From: a virus
Direction: 5' to 3' (one strand)
Length of the DNA stretch: 64,000 nucleotides
IMG/VR virus record: IMGVR_UViG_3300028800_000071
Coordinates: 16,796-80,795 of that record
Both the position numbers and the translations under genes were made by a program. The number at the start of each line of letters is the position of its first letter. The first letter of the stretch is position 1. This document shows, one piece after another, positions 1 through 8,985 of this stretch. The notes under the pieces are model-generated. The model was not told the DNA's origin and did not search any database. It saw only the letters and a program-made list of their open reading frames with translations.

Positions 1-1
1 C

Positions 2-1150
2 ACCGACGATCCCGATATGCTCCAAACGCTCGAACGGCGGTACTTCATCGCCGACGATGCGTTGCGTGCGCAAGGCTACGACGTTGATGCGCTCAAAGAG
101 AAGTGGAAGAAGAAAGCCAAGCGCAACCGATCGCCATTAGTCGGCGACGAGTGGGCGGTTCGCATTGTGCTCACGGCCACCGAGGAGCAATGGTATCTGC
201 CGGTTCCGCGGCACGTGTACGAGCGCACCGATTGGAAAGATACCGATTGGGCGCTCGATAACGGACGCTCGTTCATGCACGAGCTCGATGAAGTGCCGGC
301 CGAGTGGGTTGTGCCGCTTCCGATCGACGCCGACGAGCTCTATCCCGACGGCGCGTGTCTGTTCGAGGATTGCATCGATCCCGAGTTTCGCCTCAATCGC
401 ACGTACTCGCAGGTCGGCCGTGCATTCGACTACAGCGGCGATCCGCAAATGTCACGGCTGCGTGACGAGAAGGGCGGCGTCCCGCGCTCGCAGTTCGGCA
501 CCGCAACGGCGCTCGGCGGCACCGCATCCGACGTTCTTGAAGGCGATGCCAAGTTTGTCGAGATCACCGGCCAAGGTTTAGAGATTGCGATCGGCACGTA
601 CGCCGAAGCCGTGGTCGATCTCGGGAAACGCGCCGCGGCCATGAGCAGAGTGACGCCGAACTCTAAGACCGGCGCTTCGCTCGAGCTTTCGTCGGCGGCG
701 ATGAAGTTTCTCAACAGTTCGCAACTGACGCTCGCCGGCATCCTGCGCGAAACCGCAGCGGAGAAGCCCGGCGATCGGATGCTGCGGCTTGCCATGCGTA
801 TGTGGGATAAGGTCACGGTGGCGTTGCCGTCGCTGCAAAAGCCGGTCAAGCCAGATCCCGAAGCTCGCTTTGAGTGGCAATGGCCGGCGTACTACGAGCC
901 ACACGGCCAAGAGAAAGTCTTTGAGGTACAGGCGATCAACACGGCCAAAGAAGGCCAACTGATCTCAAGCCAAACGTCTGTCGGCAATGCCGCACCGTTG
1001 TTCGACGTAACGGACCCCGATCGCGAAGCCGAACTCATCCAAGGCGACACCGAACAGGCGAACGCCGATGAAGTGATGCAAGCCGATGCGCTCGGCGAAG
1101 TGCAAGCCAAACACGCAGTAAAGCCTGGCGCCGGTGATGGCGCCAAATAG
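2..1150 (+). CDS. Probable portal/head protein, C-terminal part (5' truncated by window)
   Basis: Frame is open from position 2. Lies immediately upstream of scaffold and capsid genes. Function is assigned by position only. Confidence 0.45.
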   Translation, partial: TDDPDMLQTLERRYFIADDALRAQGYDVDALKEKWKKKAKRNRSPLVGDEWAVRIVLTATEEQWYLPVPRHVYERTDWKDTDWALDNGRSFMHELDEVPAEWVVPLPIDADELYPDGACLFEDCIDPEFRLNRTYSQVGRAFDYSGDPQMSRLRDEKGGVPRSQFGTATALGGTASDVLEGDAKFVEITGQGLEIAIGTYAEAVVDLGKRAAAMSRVTPNSKTGASLELSSAAMKFLNSSQLTLAGILRETAAEKPGDRMLRLAMRMWDKVTVALPSLQKPVKPDPEARFEWQWPAYYEPHGQEKVFEVQAINTAKEGQLISSQTSVGNAAPLFDVTDPDREAELIQGDTEQANADEVMQADALGEVQAKHAVKPGAGDGAK

Positions 1151-1152
1151 GA

Positions 1153-2133
1153 GTGATTCCTTTGTTCCACGATCTGCAAGCAATGTTTAGCAAATGTTTT
1201 ATCCGACCGTCGATTATCAAACGTCTCAACGACCGCTTCTTAGGACCGACGTTGCCTCCGTGGCAGTTGGCGATCTTCGACGGTGAAGGTGGGGACGGCG
1301 GTGGCAATGGCGGCGACGGTGGCGCCGGTGACGGCGGCGCTGGTGCTGGTGATGGCGGCGCAGGGGCCGGTGCCGGTGATGCCGGTGCGGGCGCTGGTGC
1401 TGGTGCAGGCGACGGTGGCGCAGCCAGCGGTGCAGCCGCAACGCGTTCTAAGGAGCGCACCAATAACGGCGATGACCGCGGCCGCGATCGCAACGATCGA
1501 GGCAATGGTGGCGGCACAGCCCGCGACAACGACGGCCGATTCACCAACGAAGAAGTGCAACGCGCCAATCAGCGCATCGCCGAGCTCAACGAAGAAAACA
1601 AAAACCGGCGCATCGAAGCGCGCGAGCTCAAAACCGAAAATGGTCTCTTGCGTACGCGCGCCATCCACGAAGATGCCAGCCGCGCCGTTATGGCCGCAGG
1701 AGCGGTGAGCGAACGCATCGTCGATATGTTCCTCGAAGATATGGGCGAGGCGATAACGCTCGACAAGAAAACCGGCCGGACCGTCGGGCTCGAGAAACTC
1801 GGCGATTGGAAGAAGGCCAACGCGGCCTTATTCAAACCCGAAACCGAAGGCGGCGACGGTGCCGGCGACGGCAACAACGGTGGTGCCGCAGCTGGTGCTG
1901 GTGACGGCGGCAACAACAACCAGCAACGAACCAATCGCACGTCCAACGGTGCCTCTCGCGGCGCCGGCGCGGGCGATCAAGGTGGCGGCGGCCGCGAAGG
2001 CCTCCCCGATCTCACAAAACTTGGTACTCCCGCCGAACGTAAGCAGGCTCTCCGCGATTGGAAGCGCGGCTTGCGTGGCGGTGGTGGCGGCGGCTACGGT
2101 GGTGGTCGCGCTTCATCCAACAAAGCCTCGTAG
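1153..2133 (+). CDS. Head scaffolding protein
   Basis: Gly/Ala/Asp low-complexity ends around a coiled-coil core (RIAELNEENKNRRIEARELK), directly before the capsid gene. Confidence 0.7.
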   Translation: MIPLFHDLQAMFSKCFIRPSIIKRLNDRFLGPTLPPWQLAIFDGEGGDGGGNGGDGGAGDGGAGAGDGGAGAGAGDAGAGAGAGAGDGGAASGAAATRSKERTNNGDDRGRDRNDRGNGGGTARDNDGRFTNEEVQRANQRIAELNEENKNRRIEARELKTENGLLRTRAIHEDASRAVMAAGAVSERIVDMFLEDMGEAITLDKKTGRTVGLEKLGDWKKANAALFKPETEGGDGAGDGNNGGAAAGAGDGGNNNQQRTNRTSNGASRGAGAGDQGGGGREGLPDLTKLGTPAERKQALRDWKRGLRGGGGGGYGGGRASSNKAS

Positions 2134-2276
2134 CTTTTCCCGTAGGCGTTGACGCCTGCCATCGGTCCCTTAGTCCCGAAACCGCGTGACGCGAGTGTGA
2201 AGGGGCATTTCGATCGGCACCGCGCGATGCGGAGTACGCCGGTTCTGCTTCTCCCCCATAAGGAAACGCGACAATC

Positions 2277-3782
2277 ATGCGCGGACAGAATCAACGCAAC
2301 GTCGTCGTGCTGCCCGATTACCGCTTGGCGATCTTCGATATCGCGGATCTGCCCTCGCAGTTGCAGCCGATGCTTCAGGCGGGCTTTCTCGCCACGTCGT
2401 TCGAAGATTATCTGGAAGCACACAACGGTTATTGGGAAGGCGTCGATGACGAATCGTTCGCCGAATCCATCTTCGAAAAGAACCGTGGTGTGACGATCAC
2501 CCGCACCCGCCCCGGCCTCAAAGCGCCGGTCGTGGTTGCGGCCGACCCCGTTCAGGCGCAAACGCCGCCAAACGATGGCGTTACGCCGTCGGACTTCTAC
2601 GTTGAGCAATACACCTTCGCGCCGTTCGAGCTCACGGACGGCATCGATCTCGATCTCATCGGTACGAACTTCGCTATCGTCGATCGCTTCGAGCACGACG
2701 TGCGCGTGTCGTATCACCAGGGCGTGCAATCGGTCGATCTGCTCGCTCGCGACACGTACCTGGCTGCCTACGGCGCCGCGTACACCGTCCTCACCGGCAA
2801 TATCTCCGGTGCCATCATCCCGGTTGACGATATCCGTGGCTTCACCACGGTCATCACCGTCGGCCCGGGCGGCACCAACGGCGTATTGACGGCCGTTTCC
2901 AGCGGCGTCCCGCTGCCGTGCTTCATCTACGTCGGCGGCGATCCGACCAACGTCAAGACGTGCAACGTCACGCTTGCCGCTGCGGACGTGACCAACGTTT
3001 CCAACTACGTGCCCTACGGTGCGCCGTACGGTACGCCGGGAGCGCCGACGGCCGCACGCGGCAACGGCGTCTCGGGTCACCTTACGCTCGCGAGCATCCA
3101 GGGCGGCTACTCGCCGGTCACGGGTGACGTGATCGTTGCGGGTGACGCGCCGATCCAACTGTTCGCAGGCGGCAGCACCCACTTCTCGCAAGTGACCGGC
3201 GGCATTTCGCAGAGCAACGTGCTCGATGCAACCGGCTACTTGGAGAACAACGCGGTGCCGCATTCGCGCAACGCCGGCGGTGACGACGAAGGCACGTACG
3301 TCTGCCATGTCGCGCCGTCGATCAATCGGCAACTGTTTGCCGATCCCGACTTCAAGCAGGCGAATCAGACGCTCGGGAAATCGGATATCTACCAGCAGGG
3401 TGTGGTATCGCGGTATTGCGGCGTCACGTTCCTCAAGAACACGAACGCTCCGCGTATCGCTCTTGCGCCGTACGGTGGCAAGGGCTACGCCTACGCAACG
3501 GTCATCGCCGGTCAAGGCGCCCTGATCGATGCGTGGTACGAGGGCCTCGTCGATTGGGTGGAATCCGCATTCCAGCCTGGTCTCGTCGAGCTCAATCGTG
3601 GCATCGCTCAGATCCTCATGCCGGCATACGCCGATCGTCAGGGTCGCCGGATGCACATCGATTGGCTCACGATCCGCGATATGGTCGCGCCGACCGACGT
3701 CACCCGCTCGTCCGTGATTCTCACGGGCACCGGCGGCCGTCGCGCTCGTGCGGTCATCATCTGGAGCTGGTCGGCAACCTAA
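2277..3782 (+). CDS. Major capsid protein
   Basis: 501 aa after the scaffold, with AAGGA RBS. Capsid-like segments (GVTITRTRPGL; YVCHVAPSINRQLFADPDF; GVVSRYCGVTFL). Followed by a strong hairpin. Confidence 0.75.
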   Translation: MRGQNQRNVVVLPDYRLAIFDIADLPSQLQPMLQAGFLATSFEDYLEAHNGYWEGVDDESFAESIFEKNRGVTITRTRPGLKAPVVVAADPVQAQTPPNDGVTPSDFYVEQYTFAPFELTDGIDLDLIGTNFAIVDRFEHDVRVSYHQGVQSVDLLARDTYLAAYGAAYTVLTGNISGAIIPVDDIRGFTTVITVGPGGTNGVLTAVSSGVPLPCFIYVGGDPTNVKTCNVTLAAADVTNVSNYVPYGAPYGTPGAPTAARGNGVSGHLTLASIQGGYSPVTGDVIVAGDAPIQLFAGGSTHFSQVTGGISQSNVLDATGYLENNAVPHSRNAGGDDEGTYVCHVAPSINRQLFADPDFKQANQTLGKSDIYQQGVVSRYCGVTFLKNTNAPRIALAPYGGKGYAYATVIAGQGALIDAWYEGLVDWVESAFQPGLVELNRGIAQILMPAYADRQGRRMHIDWLTIRDMVAPTDVTRSSVILTGTGGRRARAVIIWSWSAT

Positions 3783-3798
3783 ACCCTGCGATTAACCT

Positions 3799-3833
3799 AA
3801 AAGGGCGGGGCGAGTGATTCGCTCCGCCCTTTA
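3799..3833 (+). terminator. Stem-loop after major capsid gene
   Basis: AAAGGGCGGGGCGA-GTGAT-TCGCTCCGCCCTTT inverted repeat. The U-tail is short, so it may be a partial terminator or mRNA stabiliser. Confidence 0.55.
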
Positions 3834-3849
3834 GTTCAGGAGAGATTCC

Positions 3850-4206
3850 TTGACGACCAAACAAAACTTCGGCAAGCAGCCGAAGCTGGACGACCGGCAA
3901 GATTCGCCGCCAGCCGCCGATCAGCGGCCGCAAGAAGGCCGTGGCGATGAGATTGAAAAGCGCGCAGCGCAGACCGATCGAACGGCCAAGACTGCCGTGC
4001 AGGTCGCAAACGGTTCCAACGTACGGCGCGATCGCATTGCGCCACGGGAAAAAGTCTACATTGTCGACGAACTCGTCGAGCGATCGGTGATGGCCGGCTA
4101 CACCACGGTGGTCTTTCGGCCGAACCAAGTGCTTCAAGAGGTCAGGGACAAACGCCAGATCTCCTTGGCGCAAGCCAATAACATTCGGTTACGCGAAAGG
4201 GACTAG
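3850..4206 (+). CDS. Hypothetical virion-module protein
   Basis: AGGAGA RBS before TTG; position in operon. Confidence 0.6.
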   Translation: MTTKQNFGKQPKLDDRQDSPPAADQRPQEGRGDEIEKRAAQTDRTAKTAVQVANGSNVRRDRIAPREKVYIVDELVERSVMAGYTTVVFRPNQVLQEVRDKRQISLAQANNIRLRERD

Positions 4207-4212
4207 CGCACG

Positions 4213-5058
4213 ATGGCGATCTCGCAAACGCAAATGGCCGAGGTCGCACGCATACTCGGTTTCCCGAACCTTTCACCGCAAACGTCGCTCAACATGGAAT
4301 ACCCGACGTTCTCGTCGCAGTTCGCCGTGTTTCAGCCGTACGCGCAACTGCTCAACCGTCTAGCAGGAGCATCCGACGCCGATGAAGTTCAGTATTTCGG
4401 GGCCGAATCTACGAAGTTCGCTTCCTTCTTCACACCGTCTCAGATCGTCCTCACGTTTAGCGGCCCCGGCCCAACGACCGGCGTTATCATCCGCATCAAC
4501 CTTGGCGGCAACCAATACGAATATACGGTCAACGATAGCGATACATACGCTTCTATCGCCGCCGCCTTTTCGGCTTCGTTAGCGGACGATCCGCAAGGCT
4601 CGGCGCTCTTTCTTCCCAACGCCGTTGGCCCCGCGCTCGGCCTCTACAACGTCGCCGCCGTCGGAACGGACGGCAATGGCGTGCAATGTATGGCCGGCTC
4701 GACCGATACGAGCGTCCTGGTATCGTTCGGCGGCGCGGCAGCGCAGTTCGCGGCCGGCGCCACGTCCGGTGGCCAGGTGCCGCCCGGTCCGCAGTTCACG
4801 GCGATCACCGGCGCACAAAAAGGCCAGGTCGTCTTTGGCTTCGTGCCGATCATTCATTTGCTCGAATCCGATCTCGTCAACGCTCGCGCAAACCTTGATA
4901 CGCTAAGTGCCGAAGCCTGGCACCCGCGCCAGGACGAGCTCGACGTGCGCAAGGCGCTGCTCGACAAGTACCGGATCGATCTCGCCAACGGCCTCGCCGT
5001 GCCGATCGACCCCGATATCATGGGTAACAACAGCCGCGGCTCGCAGCGCATCGTATGA
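4213..5058 (+). CDS. Putative head-tail adaptor
   Basis: Position after capsid; overlaps the next gene (ATGA). Confidence 0.5.
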   Translation: MAISQTQMAEVARILGFPNLSPQTSLNMEYPTFSSQFAVFQPYAQLLNRLAGASDADEVQYFGAESTKFASFFTPSQIVLTFSGPGPTTGVIIRINLGGNQYEYTVNDSDTYASIAAAFSASLADDPQGSALFLPNAVGPALGLYNVAAVGTDGNGVQCMAGSTDTSVLVSFGGAAAQFAAGATSGGQVPPGPQFTAITGAQKGQVVFGFVPIIHLLESDLVNARANLDTLSAEAWHPRQDELDVRKALLDKYRIDLANGLAVPIDPDIMGNNSRGSQRIV

Positions 5059-5852
5059 GCTCGACGCGGATCGAGTATCTCGACAGCAAGATTCAATACG
5101 GGCGCGGCAAGGCCGCAACCGTTTACGGCCAGACGTTCAATATCTACCGGCTCACCAATCAGAGCGGCTCGATACTCGATGGCCATCCGATCTTTGCCGA
5201 CTTTCCGCTCTCGCCGATCAAGACCGGCAAAGGTAAGGTCGAGAACCAAGTTTACGACCTGCAAATCTTCGACGCGGCGTTCGACAACACGCTACTCAAG
5301 CTCGGCGACTACTTCGTCGAGGTCGGGCAGTTTGACGATCGCGAACCCGATCACCTGATCTTTGCGCAACGCCGACCTTTCCGTGGCCGCTCGCTCATGA
5401 TTCGGTGTGAATCGAACGTTACGATCACGCGACCGCAGCCGCTCGGCGGTGGCTCTGGCCAACAGCCGCGTTCTGGCGGCATTCGTGCCCCCGGCTATAT
5501 CGGCATCACGAAAAAGAACGAGCGCGGGATGCTGCTCGCCAACGGAATGTACTTTTTCAGCAACTCGCTCGTCACGACGCCGATCGCCAACTCCGAAGCG
5601 TCGGGGTTGGCGGCGGTGCCGGCGGCGCTGTTGCAACTCAATCGCATTCGCGATGCTACGATCCCGAAGTTGCCCGTGTCGCTCTTTCGCGAGCATTTTG
5701 TCATCTATATCCCGCCGCTCAATGGCATCATGCTACAGGAGCTCGATCGGTTGAACTTCCAGAACTCGGACCGCTACGAGATCGGCTCGCTCTTTCTGAG
5801 CGAAGAAGGCTTCGTCGGCAACATTGCGATCTGCGAGAAGCTCGGCACGTGA
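5055..5852 (+). CDS. Putative head-closure/head-tail joining protein
   Basis: Position in neck module; translationally coupled at both ends. Confidence 0.5.
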   Translation: MSSTRIEYLDSKIQYGRGKAATVYGQTFNIYRLTNQSGSILDGHPIFADFPLSPIKTGKGKVENQVYDLQIFDAAFDNTLLKLGDYFVEVGQFDDREPDHLIFAQRRPFRGRSLMIRCESNVTITRPQPLGGGSGQQPRSGGIRAPGYIGITKKNERGMLLANGMYFFSNSLVTTPIANSEASGLAAVPAALLQLNRIRDATIPKLPVSLFREHFVIYIPPLNGIMLQELDRLNFQNSDRYEIGSLFLSEEGFVGNIAICEKLGT

Positions 5853-6310
5853 CGGAGTTTAAGTACGTGCAGCGCGCCGGCGGTGATGCGCCGGCGCCAG
5901 CACAGAAGCCGCCAACGAGCAAGGTGATTGCACCCGGCCCGCGGCCGACGGCGATCATCGCTGACGATTCGGGGCCGACGCGCCGTCGCTTCCTTAGTCT
6001 GCTCACGCTCTGCGGCGTACAAGTGATCGACCAAGCAACGTCGGGGCAAGAGGCGCTCTGGAAGTGCCGTAAGATGAAACCGCAGATCGCCGTGCTCGAC
6101 GTAGCGATGCCGCCTGGCAGCGGGTACGACACGGCGTTGAAGTTGGCCGATAGCCAGATCGTGCCGCATATCATCGTGGTTTCGTCCAACTCGCAAGGGA
6201 TGGTTTTCGAACCGTTACGCAAGGCCGGCGTCATGCTGCTCACCAAGCCGGTCAACGACGATCAGTTCATCAAAGAGATAAAGGCGATGATAGCCGATGG
6301 CAACGCTTGA
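5849..6310 (+). CDS. Stand-alone response-regulator receiver (CheY-like) domain protein
   Basis: Canonical REC motifs: IIADD acidic pocket, phosphoacceptor VLDVAMP, VVSS switch residue, LTKP. No output domain. Confidence 0.88.
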   Translation: MTEFKYVQRAGGDAPAPAQKPPTSKVIAPGPRPTAIIADDSGPTRRRFLSLLTLCGVQVIDQATSGQEALWKCRKMKPQIAVLDVAMPPGSGYDTALKLADSQIVPHIIVVSSNSQGMVFEPLRKAGVMLLTKPVNDDQFIKEIKAMIADGNA

Positions 6311-7196
6311 CGAAGTAGTCGAACAAACCGTTGACACCGTGCTTGCCACGCTCAACGCAGCTGGCGGCGCCAACATACTCGGCGCCGATCCTGCGAACCC
6401 GACCGGGCCGGCGATCTATCGGTGGGTTGCCAATCCGCCGTTTCAATGCGGCTACGGTTGGCCGTACGGACAAGCGTTATCGGAGATCCTCGGGCAGTAC
6501 CAAGCGCAAGTGACGGTGTGGCCGCTCGCCGACGCCATGCGCAACGTCACCGATCGAATGCTCTCCTGGAAGTTCGCCGGCGCGGCGCCGGTGGGGCTCA
6601 ACGTAAGCTATTCGTGGCTCGACAACGGCAACGTGATTCTCACGTTCGTCGGCAGCGGCGGCGGCTTGAACGTCCATACGATCTTCGGCGAACCCGAGGT
6701 CGATGCGTACTACCTTACGCAAACAGCCGACGATACGAATGCGATCGCAACGGCGGTGATGACGCAGATCAACGCAACGGCGTTGGCCAACGGTCTCGGC
6801 GTAACAGCGACGGCGGCGAACAATCAGGTTTTCGTCAACGGCGCGAGCAAGATCGTCGTCAATATCGGCGGCGCGATCACGATGAAGCAAGAATCGCGGC
6901 GCATGATGTGCCCGATTCAAGTGACGGTGTGGGCCGAGGACCCCGACGTGCGCAACGCGATGGCCAAGCAGATCGAGGCAGGGCTCGGGCTTGGCAGCCA
7001 ACCGTTCTTGCCGCCGGTCAACGGCGAGCTCATTCGGTTCCGGTTGCAGCGCGGCCCGATTCCGAATGATCTGTCGCAATCGTCGTACTCGCTCTACATA
7101 GCGAACATAATCTTTGAGGCCACGTACCCGACGTTCGACGTTGCGATGGGCGCAACGATCGGGGCCGTCGAAACTACAATCTCTCAAGAGGTCTGA
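6297..7196 (+). CDS. Putative tail terminator/neck protein
   Basis: Position before sheath; C-terminal IQVTVWAEDPDVRNAMA resembles tail-completion proteins. Confidence 0.5.
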   Translation: MATLDEVVEQTVDTVLATLNAAGGANILGADPANPTGPAIYRWVANPPFQCGYGWPYGQALSEILGQYQAQVTVWPLADAMRNVTDRMLSWKFAGAAPVGLNVSYSWLDNGNVILTFVGSGGGLNVHTIFGEPEVDAYYLTQTADDTNAIATAVMTQINATALANGLGVTATAANNQVFVNGASKIVVNIGGAITMKQESRRMMCPIQVTVWAEDPDVRNAMAKQIEAGLGLGSQPFLPPVNGELIRFRLQRGPIPNDLSQSSYSLYIANIIFEATYPTFDVAMGATIGAVETTISQEV

Positions 7197-7199
7197 TCA

Positions 7200-8726
7200 A
7201 TGGCCATGAATTGGCTTGGGACTTTTCTCACCGGCGGCGCAGGCAAGAACGTCATTCAGACGGTTGATCCGAACGTCGATATGGCTTCGATCGGCATCTT
7301 CAACGTTGCGCGCTACGGCATGAACCCGACGGCGGCGCCAGCCGCGAACCGCCTGGCGCTGCTACAAGCCGTCCAGGATGCGCTCTCGGTTGGCGGTAAG
7401 GTGTATGTCCCAGGCGCGCTCAAGTTCTACCACACGAGCGGCGCCCCGATCGTGATCAGTTCCGGCCAGCCGATTCAGTTGGTTGGCGACGGTGCCGGTT
7501 CGGTCATCACCAAAGACGACGGTGGCGATCTCTTTCAGTTCGAGAACTACTCGGGCTCTCCGAGCGGCGCGACGATCTCCGATCTCGTGCTGCGCTATAC
7601 GAACGTCGAGAGCGGCGGCGGCAACGCCATCTATGCGGCCGGCGCGCAGTTGGTGATCGCCGAACGCGTGTGGTTTCTCAACTGCCCGAGCGCGTACTTC
7701 ATGGACAACCGCTCGTTGCAATGCGGCATGGACAAATGCACGGTCGAGAACACCAAACAAAACAACAGCATTCAGATCGTGCTCAACGGCCCGCAAAACT
7801 TCTTGCGCCAGACGGTGATGCGCCAGCAGCCGATCGGCAGCGGTGGCCCCACCGGCACCACGGCTGTGCAACTGCTCGGCAACGCCTCGACGCTCGACGC
7901 CGTGCAAATGTCGGACTTCAACGTTGGTCTGGCGATCGGTCAAGGCGCCTTCCGTAACTACATATCGAAGATCTTCTCCGAGGCGTGGACGACGGCGCTG
8001 CTGATCATGCCCGCCGGCAACAGCGGTCAAATCTTTAAGATCTACATTGCGCAATGCGACTTCGCGCAAACCAATAACTCGAACGTCACGACGGCCGGCG
8101 TCATTGTCGACCCGAACGGCGGTCCCGACACGAACCTCGAGGAAATCGAGTTCACGGCTTGCACGAGCGATGGCTGGATCGGCCCTGGCTGGCAACTCAA
8201 CGGCGGCAAGATCAAGTTGATCGGCGGCGCGGGGCGCGGCAATGGCGGCGGCGGCTTCCTAGCAGCTGGCGGCTTCGCCAAGCTCCGAGGCTTCGATGCG
8301 CTCGGTGCGCAGGTCGGCGCATCCGCAACGCAACCGTACGGCTTGATGGCGTCCGGCGCAGGCGCAATCGACGCCGCAGCGTGCGATCTGCGCGGCAATC
8401 TCACGGGCGCGCTGCACAACACGTCGAGCGGCTCGGTGTTGCTCGACAACTGCCCAGGCTACACCGATCAGAATCTCGCTGTCGATCTTACGGGCTCGCC
8501 ACCGGCATCCGGCAGCGCCTTCAAGGCGTCGCAGTTCGGCTACTTCGGCAAGAAGGCGGTGTTTGAGATCGCCGGCGGCACCGTCACGGCGATCAAGCGC
8601 GGTCCCAATCCGTCAACGCTCAAAGCCACCGGCAGAACGCTCGGTGATCTCGTGCTCGGCGAAAACGAGTATGGCGAGCTCGAGTATTCGGTGGCGCCGA
8701 CAACTCTTTTCTTCGTCGGCCACTAA
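7200..8726 (+). CDS. Right-handed beta-helix (pectate-lyase/tailspike-like) protein
   Basis: FNVARYG...ALLQAVQDA...GGKVYVPG...LVGDGAGSVI is the typical pectate_lyase_3-like start, followed by beta-helix-like repeats. Confidence 0.75.
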   Translation: MAMNWLGTFLTGGAGKNVIQTVDPNVDMASIGIFNVARYGMNPTAAPAANRLALLQAVQDALSVGGKVYVPGALKFYHTSGAPIVISSGQPIQLVGDGAGSVITKDDGGDLFQFENYSGSPSGATISDLVLRYTNVESGGGNAIYAAGAQLVIAERVWFLNCPSAYFMDNRSLQCGMDKCTVENTKQNNSIQIVLNGPQNFLRQTVMRQQPIGSGGPTGTTAVQLLGNASTLDAVQMSDFNVGLAIGQGAFRNYISKIFSEAWTTALLIMPAGNSGQIFKIYIAQCDFAQTNNSNVTTAGVIVDPNGGPDTNLEEIEFTACTSDGWIGPGWQLNGGKIKLIGGAGRGNGGGGFLAAGGFAKLRGFDALGAQVGASATQPYGLMASGAGAIDAAACDLRGNLTGALHNTSSGSVLLDNCPGYTDQNLAVDLTGSPPASGSAFKASQFGYFGKKAVFEIAGGTVTAIKRGPNPSTLKATGRTLGDLVLGENEYGELEYSVAPTTLFFVGH

Positions 8727-8744
8727 CCAACGAAAGGTTGAACA

Positions 8745-8957
8745 ATGCCCGTAGACTACAGCTATCGCGTGCTCACCGTCGGCGTCCATATTCCAGAGAG
8801 TGGAAAGAGTTACGAACCTGGCGACGTGATTACGGGCGACGATGCTCGTGCCGTCGAGGCCGATGGAACGCTCTTAAAGCGTTGCGGCCGCATTGCGCCA
8901 ACCGCGACGGCGGCGCCGGCCCCAGATCAGAAACCCGCCGATCCCGGCAGCAAGTAA
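8745..8957 (+). CDS. Small pre-sheath protein
   Basis: GAAAGG RBS; 70 aa gene directly before the sheath. Confidence 0.6.
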   Translation: MPVDYSYRVLTVGVHIPESGKSYEPGDVITGDDARAVEADGTLLKRCGRIAPTATAAPAPDQKPADPGSK

Positions 8958-8985
8958 CAACACCCGGCTTTAGGGAGTTCTCGCA

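Noticed and set aside
1280-1440. GGC/GGT-rich tandem repeats as a separate repeat element
   Set aside because: Explained by the Gly/Ala/Asp low-complexity region of the scaffold protein.
2094-3656. Long antisense ORFs (for example 2094-3656, 19081-20568, 40770-42050, 49704-50678)
   Set aside because: Shadow ORFs of GC-rich coding genes on the opposite strand, with no motifs.
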